From: a virus
Lineage: Duplodnaviria; Caudoviricetes
Virus record (IMG/VR): IMGVR_UViG_3300027751_000009
Span: 14,891-78,890 of that record
Length of the DNA stretch: 64,000 nucleotides
Direction: 5' to 3' (one strand)
Shown: piece by piece, positions 18,876 to 30,700 of the stretch
How positions within the stretch are numbered: the first letter of the stretch is position 1
Layout of the letters: every line of letters starts with the position of its first letter
The notes under the pieces: model-generated
What the model saw: the letters and a program-made list of their open reading frames with translations, nothing else
Databases searched by the model: none
Told to the model about the DNA's origin: nothing
Program-made: the position numbers and the translations under genes

Positions 18876-21257
18876 ATGGCAGTACCAACAGTAACAGCAT
18901 TAGATAGACTTCTAATAGACAATATGAAAAAAGGTCTTGGGATAGAGTCTGGAGAAAAAAAATACAAGGCCCTTAATACTTATAAAGGTCCTAATGGAGA
19001 TAAGAAACCTACCTATGCATTTGGATTATATCAATTCGTTCCTTATTCTCATTTAGAAGATATGAGAAAGTATGCTGAAAAATATCCAGAATTAGGTATG
19101 GATATTAAAGATATGCCTACTTATGCTCAATTTAAAAAATTGCAAAATGCTAAAGATGATAAAGCAGTAGATGAATTATTTCAAGTTTTATATAATAATA
19201 AAGAATTTCAAGATGCTTTTTATGACCAATGGATGACTAAAGATATCATCCCTAATTCCAAAAAGTTACATGCTGAATTTGGTGAAAAGTATAATTTACC
19301 ATTAGAAGCTTTTATTGCTTCTTCACATATTATGGGTTCTACAGGTGCAAGAACGAAATGGCTTGAAGCAGAGAAAAACCCAGCTGTTTTAGATGAAATT
19401 ATTGATCCTCAAAATCCTATTTCAACTAATGATTACATTAAGAAATTCACAAAAGGAATTACAGATAAAGGTGGACAGTTAACTTATACTACACCTGAAG
19501 AAGATGCTATATTAGACCCTAATTACACCAATGTTGAAAACATTAAAAACAGTGTTCTTGATAATGCAGTAACACCAGAACAAAAAGGTTGGAAAAAGCA
19601 TTTCACTGAATATGATGAATTAAAGAAGACTTATATTCAAAAGCAAAACGACTTACAAAAAGCAGAAGAAGATGGTTTAGACGCTTCAATAATACAAGCA
19701 GAAAAAGATGTTAAAGACGCTGAATATAATCTATATAAAAAAGGATATACTTTACAAAATGTTATAGACGAGAAAAGACTTAAACAAGCTGAAGAAGATG
19801 TTAAGTTGTATAGGAAAGGACATCAAAAAGAAAAAGATGCTCAACAAGTAATTAAAGAGCTTAAAGGGAATGTTTTAGGAAAACCTAAACAAGTAGCTAA
19901 TAAAGCTGAATGGTTAGAAGATAGACAGCCTAATTCTGGTTGGAAACTCAATAGTGGTTTAAGTCCTGAAGCAGTTAAAGAAGATAGAGATAAGAGAGAA
20001 CTTTATTTAGAACAACACAGGAATATTTTAGTAGGAGATCCGATTAATCCTACAGACCCCTCTATTATTCAGAAGATAGACCAAGAAAAAGATAAGAGAG
20101 AAAAAGCTAAGGTCGTTATTCAGAATAAAGTAAAGAAAGCTAAAGATAATATCAAATCTATTACTGATGATAAAAAAGATGTAACAGAAGATTTACCTCC
20201 AGAAGAAGAAGTACTTCCTGATGCTCCTATAGACCCTTTAGAAATTGCTAAAATAAATAAGGAGGCTGGTGATTACCTTTCACGTTTTGATGAGCCTATC
20301 GAAAATATAAGGCCTGATGTATTTGATTATGATGCTGGTAATTGGAAACAAGAAATTCCATTTGAAGCTATCGGTGCTGGTGCTTTAGGTTTAATGGGAA
20401 TGGCTGATGCTAAAACACCATTGCCAGAGAGAGATGATAAGATTTCAAATGCTATTTTACAATATAGCAATGATTTGAAAATGATGGCTCAAATGGGATT
20501 AAAACCCGAAGAGGAAGCTAAGATGAAGCAAGAGATAGCCGAAGCTTATCAGCAAGGAATTACAAATATTGTAAAAGCATCAGGTGGAAATAGAAATTTA
20601 GTATTGGGTGCTTTAGGTGGTTTAAATAAAGGTGTTATTGATGGTATTTCAAATATAGGTTTATTAGATATGACTAAGAAAGCTGATGCTTTTGATAAGT
20701 ATGGAAAGACCTTAGAATATATTGATAACTTCAATAGAACTAAATCTATAGACAACTACAAGGTAAAACTTGAAGATGCTCAATCAAAAAGATTAAGTGG
20801 TGCTCAATTAGCTTCTTCTGCTTTCGCTAAAATGGCTGATGATATTCAATATGCTAAAGAGAATGGTCCAGGTTCTATAAACCATAGATATAAACAAGCT
20901 ATGCTGTATGAAATAACAGGTGTTAATGCTGGTATCAAAGATGATGGTAGTGGAACAATACCCGGAACAGCAAGTTACGTCAGAGCGCAACGTGCTATTG
21001 CTGATCAAGCTTACTACGATAGAAAGATAAAATACGATACAGAAGTAAACGCTCAAAATAGCTTTTTAGCATTACCTGAAAAAGATAAAATCTATTGGAA
21101 AAATAATGGTGGCTATGTGAATTTTAGACAACAATATCAAAGCCCTAAAGAACAAGACTCCAATGGTTCATTAATACCAACTCCAATGGAGGAAGTCATA
21201 AATAGAACATCACAGTATAGCCCTGATGATGATTTTAACTCATACTCTAAAATATAA
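18876..21257 (+). CDS. Internal virion protein with N-terminal lytic transglycosylase-like domain
   Basis: GIESG...AFGLYQF...ASHIMG fits SLT/lysozyme-like motifs; helical C-terminal half. Confidence 0.55.
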   Translation: MAVPTVTALDRLLIDNMKKGLGIESGEKKYKALNTYKGPNGDKKPTYAFGLYQFVPYSHLEDMRKYAEKYPELGMDIKDMPTYAQFKKLQNAKDDKAVDELFQVLYNNKEFQDAFYDQWMTKDIIPNSKKLHAEFGEKYNLPLEAFIASSHIMGSTGARTKWLEAEKNPAVLDEIIDPQNPISTNDYIKKFTKGITDKGGQLTYTTPEEDAILDPNYTNVENIKNSVLDNAVTPEQKGWKKHFTEYDELKKTYIQKQNDLQKAEEDGLDASIIQAEKDVKDAEYNLYKKGYTLQNVIDEKRLKQAEEDVKLYRKGHQKEKDAQQVIKELKGNVLGKPKQVANKAEWLEDRQPNSGWKLNSGLSPEAVKEDRDKRELYLEQHRNILVGDPINPTDPSIIQKIDQEKDKREKAKVVIQNKVKKAKDNIKSITDDKKDVTEDLPPEEEVLPDAPIDPLEIAKINKEAGDYLSRFDEPIENIRPDVFDYDAGNWKQEIPFEAIGAGALGLMGMADAKTPLPERDDKISNAILQYSNDLKMMAQMGLKPEEEAKMKQEIAEAYQQGITNIVKASGGNRNLVLGALGGLNKGVIDGISNIGLLDMTKKADAFDKYGKTLEYIDNFNRTKSIDNYKVKLEDAQSKRLSGAQLASSAFAKMADDIQYAKENGPGSINHRYKQAMLYEITGVNAGIKDDGSGTIPGTASYVRAQRAIADQAYYDRKIKYDTEVNAQNSFLALPEKDKIYWKNNGGYVNFRQQYQSPKEQDSNGSLIPTPMEEVINRTSQYSPDDDFNSYSKI

Positions 21258-21260
21258 ATT

Positions 21261-23477
21261 ATGTCAGAAGGATTAGCATCAGCAGGTTTAACAGGTTTAA
21301 CAGCAAATGTTGGTAGACGTGAATCAGCTCAACAAGAATTAGCCACTTTGGGTAAACTTGTTGAAATGAAAAAACAGAAAGAAGTAGAAGAACAACAAGC
21401 AGCTTTAATAGAACAGCAATACTATGATAAGATTAGAGCTGAAGCTGATAAGATGCTTGTAGGAGATAGAAAAGCTATCAATGAAAAGAGCAAGTCTATT
21501 CAAGGCCAAATCAGACAGCAGATAAAAGCTTTTGGAGGTTCCAGAGCTAAATTTATGGCTAATGGTGGTTTAAGTATGATAGGTGACTATACTAATCAAG
21601 TACTTAATTCTGACGAAGTACAACAATATAAAGAGAACAAAATAAATCTTGAACGCTTGTTTGATGCACAAGGGAAAAAGTTAGGACACTTAATTTCTGA
21701 TGGAGATATGCAGAGTTTACGTAACTACCAAAGTGAGGGTAAAGGCAAAATTAAATATAGTGGTTTAATGAATGAATTAGTTATGCCTGATGAAATGGCT
21801 TTTGCTTTTGGTACTCAGGCTACCGCTACAGACATTCTTTATAATGAAGAAAATTTTATGAAAACTGTAGGGAACTTCCAAATAGATCACCCTGAAATGG
21901 CAGAGGAAATGCAAACTTGGTCACAAGCAAAATTACACGAAGAAATGAGAGCTTATGCTACGGCTAAAGGATATGCTGTTCATGGTAAAAATACAGCTAT
22001 GGCAGCTGCAATGAACCAGTCAAGAGGTACTGGTGGTAATCCTGCAAATGCAAAAGAAACCTTAGTTAAAAAAGTAAGTGGTGCTTTAGCTTGGAGTTTG
22101 AAAATGGAAAATAAGGTAGTTTCAATAGACCAAATAAGAAATCAATCATTAGCGAATAATGAAATGCTTAGAGGTTTATATGGAACTGTTGGTAATGAGA
22201 AATATTCAAGTGTAGGTAAGATAAATGGTACTATTATTGAATCAGTAGGAGAAGTTGCAGGAGAAGTATTTACATTAGGTTTATGGGATTATGACAACAA
22301 TGCAAGTTACAGAATAAAAGGTGGTCTTAAACTAAGTTCTCAAATCGCTAATGCGGCTTTTAAAACACAAAACGGAGAAAGCTATACTATGGTAAATGGT
22401 GTTTATGAAAACTTTGACCCTATGGTTATGGATAACTTACACGCTGCAAATGGTGTGCCTATTGGAGATAAATCAAAGCTACCTAAAGGAGCTTGGAGAA
22501 ACAAAGGTGCTGTTATGGCATATAAGATAAAAGCACAAGATGGTAAAGGTTATCTGGTTGTAGAAGCTACAGATAATCATGGTAAGATAGATAATGGTGC
22601 TGCTAAAAGAAACAAGACTATGTATTCCAATGATATGAAAGATGAAGATGGTAACGATTTACCAATTGAAGGAATGATGAGTATGTATGTTGCTTTACAA
22701 GACCCTAAAGGCTTAACGTATTATCAAGAGATAGATTTTCAAGGAGAAGAAAGACAAAGTACTTTCGGAACACATATGGGAGATTACGATGAATTATCTG
22801 ACCAATTATTAGAGAACAAACAAGTAAAAGATACTTATGACAGAAACTTGTTAAGAGCTAAAGTACAAAGAGAAGGTAAAGCTGAAATACCTATTGCTCA
22901 TGAAACATTTGATAATAACCCTGTATTCAAAGCACAAACTTTATTAAACGAGAAAACAGTTGGTGGTGATGGTCGTTCAAGATTAATGAAAGCATTCTAT
23001 ATGTCTTACTTTGATTTATATACTAAAAATGAAGACTCTCCAGGTTATGATATAGATAAAGGTATTGAAGAAAATCATTTCAAAACTGTACTTGATGGTA
23101 TGGGTATGGGTACTTATTTGAGAAGTCCAAAATATGATGATTATCAGATATTGAGTCAAATGAGAGTTGAACTTTCAAAACCTCAACATAATACATCTGA
23201 TGAAATGACTGAAAATAATCAGATATTACTTGAAAAAATAAGCAATTATTTTACTCAAACAGATATCGTAAAAGGACAGAAACCTAAATTAAGAGAAGGT
23301 GCTGACTTTGGTTTTACACCTGGCAGTAGTTGGGAAGTAGTAAAAGATTTCAAAGGTAAATCTCATGAAGAAGGTGGTATTGATATTACCATAGACCGTA
23401 AAGGTGTAAATATTAATAAAGGTAAAGTAAAAGCCAAAAAAGGTGTTGTATTTAACGGTAAACATTTTCAATTATGA
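21261..23477 (+). CDS. Internal virion cargo protein
   Basis: Position in the cargo block; C-terminal GKSHEEGGI motif. Confidence 0.55.
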   Translation: MSEGLASAGLTGLTANVGRRESAQQELATLGKLVEMKKQKEVEEQQAALIEQQYYDKIRAEADKMLVGDRKAINEKSKSIQGQIRQQIKAFGGSRAKFMANGGLSMIGDYTNQVLNSDEVQQYKENKINLERLFDAQGKKLGHLISDGDMQSLRNYQSEGKGKIKYSGLMNELVMPDEMAFAFGTQATATDILYNEENFMKTVGNFQIDHPEMAEEMQTWSQAKLHEEMRAYATAKGYAVHGKNTAMAAAMNQSRGTGGNPANAKETLVKKVSGALAWSLKMENKVVSIDQIRNQSLANNEMLRGLYGTVGNEKYSSVGKINGTIIESVGEVAGEVFTLGLWDYDNNASYRIKGGLKLSSQIANAAFKTQNGESYTMVNGVYENFDPMVMDNLHAANGVPIGDKSKLPKGAWRNKGAVMAYKIKAQDGKGYLVVEATDNHGKIDNGAAKRNKTMYSNDMKDEDGNDLPIEGMMSMYVALQDPKGLTYYQEIDFQGEERQSTFGTHMGDYDELSDQLLENKQVKDTYDRNLLRAKVQREGKAEIPIAHETFDNNPVFKAQTLLNEKTVGGDGRSRLMKAFYMSYFDLYTKNEDSPGYDIDKGIEENHFKTVLDGMGMGTYLRSPKYDDYQILSQMRVELSKPQHNTSDEMTENNQILLEKISNYFTQTDIVKGQKPKLREGADFGFTPGSSWEVVKDFKGKSHEEGGIDITIDRKGVNINKGKVKAKKGVVFNGKHFQL

Positions 23478-24775
23478 AAAATCAGAAAGTAGAAGTTGAA
23501 GGTGGAGAAGTAGCAATAAAAAACAGTAATGGAGATATTGCTATTATTCCTAAAGAAAAGAAAGAATTGATAGAGCAACTAATAGCACAAGGACTACACG
23601 AAGAAGTAGATGCATTAGTTTCATTTTTACCTAAGATGAAAGACTATGCAGCTGGTGGTAGTTTATTTGAAGCTGAAACAGGAGAAGACCCAATTAAGCC
23701 TGGTGAATCTAAAGCGGCCTATTGGAAGCGTATGGAGAATACTTATGGCTCTGGTGTTAAACATCGTCAAATCTATATGGACCTTTGGGATAAGCCTATT
23801 CCAGCTACTCAAATAAGAGATAGCTATCATATTGGAAATACTACTTCAAACACTAAAAACAACCCTGAACTTCAATCTTTAAAAAATCAATATGAAAGTA
23901 CTTTTGCAGAGCAACAACAAGCAAGGTTAAATGCTGAAAATGCTTTAAACCAACAACCTGATTTTTCGAAACCTTTTGATCCAAAAATTCAAGAGCTCAA
24001 CAAACTTAGAGCAATGACACCGAGAGAGCGTGAGGCAAACTGGCAACAATTTGACAAATATTATCAAAATGCAGTAATGCCTTTTTATGATAAAAGACAA
24101 ACATTAATAGACCAATTTAATAATAATCCAGCAAGTAGAATATCTGTTGATAATCCTGAAACATCTTGGAAAGAAATAATAAACAACAATCCTGATATAG
24201 AAGATAGAGAATTATTATTTGCTTCGTTAATGGATGAAGGTGCTGATTTTTTTACAAATAATAATATAGGCGGAGAAAGGGCATCTTATGATGGCTATCA
24301 TACATTTGGATTAGACTCTTTCGGAGAACGTTTTCATGAATTTGAGAAAAAAGGTTATATCCCTAAAGATATGAGACAAAGAATAAAATTCAAATATGCT
24401 ATTAATGAAAAAGGTGAAGAAAGAATTTCCGCAGATTTCACTAATTTAAAAGATATAATTATAGCTAAGAATGCTTTTATGAAACAAGGTAAAAGTACTG
24501 TACTTGCAAAAGCAAAAGAATTAGGTATTACTTTATCGCCACAAGCATTAGACTACTTTACTGTATCTTCGTATAATCTTGGAGAAGGTGGTGCGCGTAA
24601 AATGATGGAATCTTATCATAAAGCTGGTATATTAGATGAAAATGATACTTTCTTAAATGATGATGCATATCCGGGATATAGAGCAAATGCACAAGGAATA
24701 TCAGCACACGCCAATGCAAAAAGAAGAGTACAAGCCACCAATATGTTAAGAGGTGAAAAAACATTAAAAAAATAA
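23474..24775 (+). CDS. Internal virion cargo protein, possible C-terminal lysozyme-like domain
   Basis: N-terminal VEVEGGE...IIP...LP..YAAGG; C-terminal SSYNLGEGG resembles the SLT motif (A/S)YNxG. Confidence 0.5.
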   Translation: MKNQKVEVEGGEVAIKNSNGDIAIIPKEKKELIEQLIAQGLHEEVDALVSFLPKMKDYAAGGSLFEAETGEDPIKPGESKAAYWKRMENTYGSGVKHRQIYMDLWDKPIPATQIRDSYHIGNTTSNTKNNPELQSLKNQYESTFAEQQQARLNAENALNQQPDFSKPFDPKIQELNKLRAMTPREREANWQQFDKYYQNAVMPFYDKRQTLIDQFNNNPASRISVDNPETSWKEIINNNPDIEDRELLFASLMDEGADFFTNNNIGGERASYDGYHTFGLDSFGERFHEFEKKGYIPKDMRQRIKFKYAINEKGEERISADFTNLKDIIIAKNAFMKQGKSTVLAKAKELGITLSPQALDYFTVSSYNLGEGGARKMMESYHKAGILDENDTFLNDDAYPGYRANAQGISAHANAKRRVQATNMLRGEKTLKK

Positions 24776-24793
24776 GTCTAAAAAGTTAGTATT

Positions 24794-27700
24794 ATGACCG
24801 ATTTCCTAAAAGTATTACAGCAAGCACAAGTCGATAAAAATGTTTCTCAAAGAAACCCTGTAGGTTCTCCAACAGATGGTGAGAATGAAATCACTTTAAC
24901 AGAACAAGATATAGATAACGCTAATAAGCCACAAGGTAGATTAGTAAAAGACCCTACGAATGTTAATGTGCAAGATGGTCCTAACTATCCTGGCAATGGT
25001 ATTTCGCCTGAAGAAGATCCGACAGCTGGTATGACTCCTGAACAAATTGCTTTAGAGCAAACACGTATGGATAGAACACCTGTTCAGGGAGAGATATCAG
25101 AGCCTCTTCCTGAAAACCCTTATACGTGGACACCTGAATACACTCAAAGAGGTTTCGTAGAAGAAATAGGAACAAGTTTAATGCGTGGTTTTGGGAAACA
25201 CGTTGTTGGTGGTACTGGAGATATTTTAGCTTTAGTAAATGGTCTTATTCCTGGTTGGGAAATCAGAGAGGGAAATGCACTTTCAAGAGGACTTCAAGAA
25301 GTAGGTAAAGAGTTTGAAGAAAACTACAAAGTCTTTATGCCTGATGAATTAAAAGACAATGAGTTTACATTAGCCACTTTTACCAATCCTAATTTCTGGA
25401 CTAAAACTGCAGCTGAATACATACCTCAATTAGTAGAAATGATTATCCTTTCCAAAGGTGCTGGTGGTGTTGCTAAAAGAACAGCCCAAAGTGGTGTTAA
25501 AGGATTGTCTAAAGGAATGACAAGAGAGAGCTTAGAACGAATAGGTTCTAAAGTTGTTGCTAATTCAGAAGCACAAGTTATGAAAGGTGTTGCTGCTCAA
25601 TCAAACAAAATATTAGGTCAAGGTCCTAAAGGTTGGAGAGCACTCTTTATGGATACAACAGGAGAAGCTACTGCTGGGTTTGCTACAGGTGCTGAAATGT
25701 TTGGTGGTGGTTTAGGTATGAACTTACTTGCAGGATTGCAAAATGCTGGTGGATTAATGAATGAAATGAAAGATTTAAGAGACTCTGATGGTAATCTTTT
25801 ATATACAGAAGAGCAATTAGCTGATATGGCATCAAGTACTATGATAGAGAATCTGAAGTACTTACCAGTTGATATGTTATCCTATGGTATGGTATATGCT
25901 AAATCTACAGGTCAATTCAATAAACTTTTAAATCCTTTCAATAAAACACAAGGAAAGAAATTCTTTAATTCAGCAGAGCAATTAACAGCATCAAGTAAAT
26001 CTTTTACAAGAAGTATTACTCCTATTATGCAAGCTGTAAATGCAACAGAAAGCAAACTTCTTAAATATGGTAAGAAACTTAAAAATACTGCAAGTGCTGT
26101 ATCTAAACCATTGTTTGAGGGATATGAAGAAACCTTTCAAGAAACATTCGAAGATTGGGCTAAAAAGAAAGCTGTAGCGAAAGTTACAGGACAACCTATA
26201 ACCATTGATGGAAAGAAAAGTGATGGCTCTATGCCTTCTTATTTTGAGTTCTATTTATCTAAAGAAAATGAAGCTACACGTACCATTGCATTTGCATTAG
26301 GTATGTTAGGTGGTGCTGGTTCCAATATTGTAGAAGCTGTAAATAAGAAAGCTGAAATAGCAGCTAAAAATTATAGCAGAGCAGAACTTATGAAACGTGC
26401 TGCAAAGAACGAACTTGAATATGACTATCAAGCTATATTTCTTAAAGAGCAATTAGTAGATAATGCTATGGATGGTAATGTCGATAGTGTAGCAATGCTT
26501 GAAGCTATGGCAGAAGAAGGTATTATCAGTGAGGATATGAAATCTGATTACATAACATTTGCTAAAAATATGACTTTAGAAGCTGTTAAAGCAAAGTCAC
26601 TTGGTCTTAATGATTTAGGAAAGGTAGCTTACTTAAACCATAAGTTCAATGAACAAGCGAATAAGAACGGTTACAAATTTGAAAAAGCTAAAGTAGATGA
26701 GAAGATAAAAAATCTTAATGAAGAGTATCAAGGAAAAGAAGATACCAAAGAGTATAAAGCTAAAATGAAAGATGTAGAAGACTCTTGGGAAACTATGGAG
26801 AATATGTTTGCTAGAGATATTCATGAAGCTCAACAAGGTATTTTAGGAATTTTATCAGGTAAGAAAGGTGACGTTTCTAATATTACACATGAAAAACTTA
26901 AAGCTGTACAAAATCAAGAAGGAAATACTGTAGCGATAGCTTTAAGTGAGCAAGATTATAATGACTACTATAACAAAACCAATGATGAAATCTATAAAGA
27001 TGCAAGGAACAAGAAATACGACCCGAGAGGTATGTTTTCTAAATTAGGTTCCGGCGTTAAAAATGCTTTCAAAACAGTTAAAGAAGGTCTTATAGGTTTT
27101 AAAGAAAAAACAGAAGAGAAGATCGCTGAAATCAAGAATAAAGGTCTTGATGGTTTGACACCAGAACAACGAACTCAATACGACAAAGCTAAGGCATCAA
27201 AAGAAGCTATTGATACAGAATTAGCGTCTATGAAAATAGGTGAAGATGGAGTCACTAAAGATAGCTACAATGCGAAGAAAGCAGAAGCTACAGCTCTTGA
27301 AGTTGAGATGGCTGACTTATTAGCTAAATCTAAAGCGAATATTCAGTCTACTATTAAAAATGCAAAAGGTGGTAGAGCTTATATGGACCCTCTACTTGAA
27401 CCTGAAGAAGAAGCAGATGAAGAAGCTCCTGTTCGTAAGCCTGGTATGATGGATAAGTTAATCAAATCGTTATTTACCAAGAAAAATCAAACAGAAGAAA
27501 ATATCATAGCTACTGAAGAAGAGATAGCTAAGAAATTAGAAGATGCAAAGATTGACTTTACAGATGAAGTAAAAGCTAAAAAAGCTTTAGAGAGATTGAT
27601 AAGTACAGAAGATGGTGTTATTCAATCACTTCAAACAAAAGATGATTTCAATAAGGAAGAGTTCATAGCTTACCTTATGAAGATGGGTAAAGAAGGAAAT

Positions 27701-30700
27701 TTCAAATCAGAAACTAAAATTGAGAAAGAAGCTCGTATAGACCGTAATGCTAAAAAGAAGAAGAAAACAGAAGAAATTAAAAAAGCACAACGTGAAACGC
27801 CTACAGGTAAGAATGTAAGACAACACGATTTAGGGAAGAAATTTAACGACCCTAACTGGAATAAAGAATACAAGAAGATAGTTAAGCAAGACCCTACACA
27901 AGCTACGCTATTGCAAGAAGAATATGATGAATATTTGTCAAGCATACAAGCTGGACTAAAATATGGGCCAACAGCTATCATTCAACAAGTAGCTGTAAAC
28001 CAACATTTACGACAATTATATCCTGATAGTAAAATTCAAGCATATGCTATGAACAATATGGTAGATGCTTTAGGTGGAACAAAAGCATTAGGTTACGCTG
28101 CTTTAGCTGGTATTTTTATTGATGAGAAAGTTTGGTTTCAAAGTGAAATCTTTATGCACGAATTTGCACATATCCATTATTCACTTTCTAAAAATGACCC
28201 TGCAACAGTAGAGCTTATGAAACAAGCGTTGAATGATAAGCAATTGGTAAGTAGAATAGAAGATGAATATGCTGATGATGTCGTTTACTATTATGCACAA
28301 CCGGGTTGGAAATCTGGTATGAAAAAGGATAAAATCTTTTTTGGAGATATGACTGCTGAACAGAAAGATCAATTAGGGAAACCCCATAGGAACGGTGTTC
28401 TTATGGCTCGTAAAGCTCCTATGCACGAACAACCTGTTATTATGGATGAATTGTTTGCTAATTACTTACAAGGACCTATGTCTAAAAAGTTCTCTAAATA
28501 TTTCAATCCAAGAACAGATTTACCAAGACAAGCACAAGTTAAAAATTGGTGGAGACGTATTAAAGATAAAGCTAAAAAGCAAGAAGATAACAACTTCAAT
28601 TTAGCTCAAAAATTATCTGAAGAAAAATTAGATGGTACTAATATCAACGACCATATCATGAATAACTTTGTATCTATGATACAAGGAAAGCCTGTTACTG
28701 TAGGTGGTAGATTTGCTCTTGACAATGAAAAGAGTACAATTACCAAAGAGGATAATTTAGATATTATGAAAAGGCTACGTGAAGAGCAAGCTAAATCAAG
28801 AAATAAGCAAAACAAAGCAGATATAAAAATGGTAGAGGCTTTTTATGCTCCTATCAAAATAGATGAGGATAAAAAGGGTACTCTTGTAGATGATTGGGAT
28901 TTATGGGATAGACCTTTACCAGAAGCGAATGAAGAGTTTTCACAAGTTGATGCGTTAGAGAAATTAAATCAAGACATAGAAACTAACATAGGAACAATGT
29001 GGGATGATAATTACAATGCCACAATGATGAAAACTACAGAAGTTATAAAACACTTTGTAGAGCAATTTAATAAAGTATCTAACGAAAGAAAATCAGCTGA
29101 AATAGAAGCTGTTAAAAATGATCCTAAAGCTAAAAAAGTTGATGCTATGTACACTGAAGGTATTAACCTTAATAAGTTTACAGAGGGATTAATGGATTTA
29201 GCTTATATGTATGATTCACCTATTGATTTTATCAGAGTTTTAGAACAAACAAATGATATTCATCAAAAAGAATTTATGAAACATCTTAATGCTGAATTTA
29301 AACAAGATGCATTACAGAGGTTAGTAACTATGCATTTGCTATATGGAAATACAGCAATAATACCCGGTATCATTCATACTGTTGATAAGAATGGAGAATA
29401 CACTTCTGTAACAGCTCAATCAGCTAATGACCCTATTATCATTAAAAGAACATTAAAACAATTATCTCGTAAAACTATAGAACAGAAAAATCTATTAGAA
29501 GATGCTATTGATATTTTAGAGAGAGGTGATATTGAAACTAGAGAAGTTCAAGAAGCTGCTGCTGAAATAATCAAGTTCTATGGTCATGATTTAAACATTG
29601 CTAAAAAGATAATTGGAAATGGATATCTTATTATAAATAAGAAAAACGTTCCTATTGTATCAGCTTTAAAGCAATTATTAAATGCTACTGAACAGGAGAT
29701 TATTCCTTTTACTGGAAACAAGTCTAATGATGAATTTATGATGGCTGGTACTGTGAGAACTAAGTTAAAGCCTATAAAAGATAGAAATGAGAGAATTATA
29801 TCATCTATTCTATTAACAGGAAAACGTTTTGGTTCTACAAGTGTTGTTAAGGGGCCTACTGGGAACAATGTTACCACAAGAATGTTTAGCAATCACGCTA
29901 TTAAATTATTCAATAAGATTGTTGTTGATTTAAAAAACTCTGAATATACTGGTAAAGCTAAGAAAGAATTTATCACGAAATATTCTAATAGTGATAAATC
30001 TGTAACAGTATCTTCTTTTAACCCTCTTTTAGAGTCGTTTTATGACAACTTCCATTTGAAAGGAGAGTTGCCTTTAATGGTTCTTGACTTTGGTAGTAAG
30101 AATGAAATGTTCAATAAAGCTAAAAATTATAAAGATATGTCTGCTGAACAGCAACTTATCAATGAGTTGTTACAATTTACAGAGAGTATCAAGAATGAAG
30201 ATTCTAATTATTTAGGCTCTATGGATATTTTAGGGAACTCATCAAGACGTTTATTAGTAGGATTGCCACGTATTGAAAATATACTTACTGCTGATGGCAA
30301 TTTCAATGCTAAAGGAGCCTCCCATCTTAATAAGATTTTTAGTATTTATGAGTCTTTAAACAAGGATAAGAAAAAAGCAATGGAAGGCATACCTAATAAA
30401 ATAGGTGCTAACTTTCCTCAATTTGAAAAAGCCATTAAAAAGGATGCTGACAAATGGATAAAATATCTTGCTGAACATTCTGAAAGCTTATCTAAAGTAA
30501 AAAGTTTACAGCCATTCTATCAAACTAAAGATGGAACAGTCCTTAATAAACTAACTAAAGAAGGAGAAACTTTAATAAAGAACTTTATCTTTAATAGAGT
30601 AGCCAATACATTCTATGTTCACGAAATGATGAGTCCAGGTTTATTTTTAGATGGACTTACCAAAAATAACAAAGGACATGTAGCGCCTGTAATAGCATTA

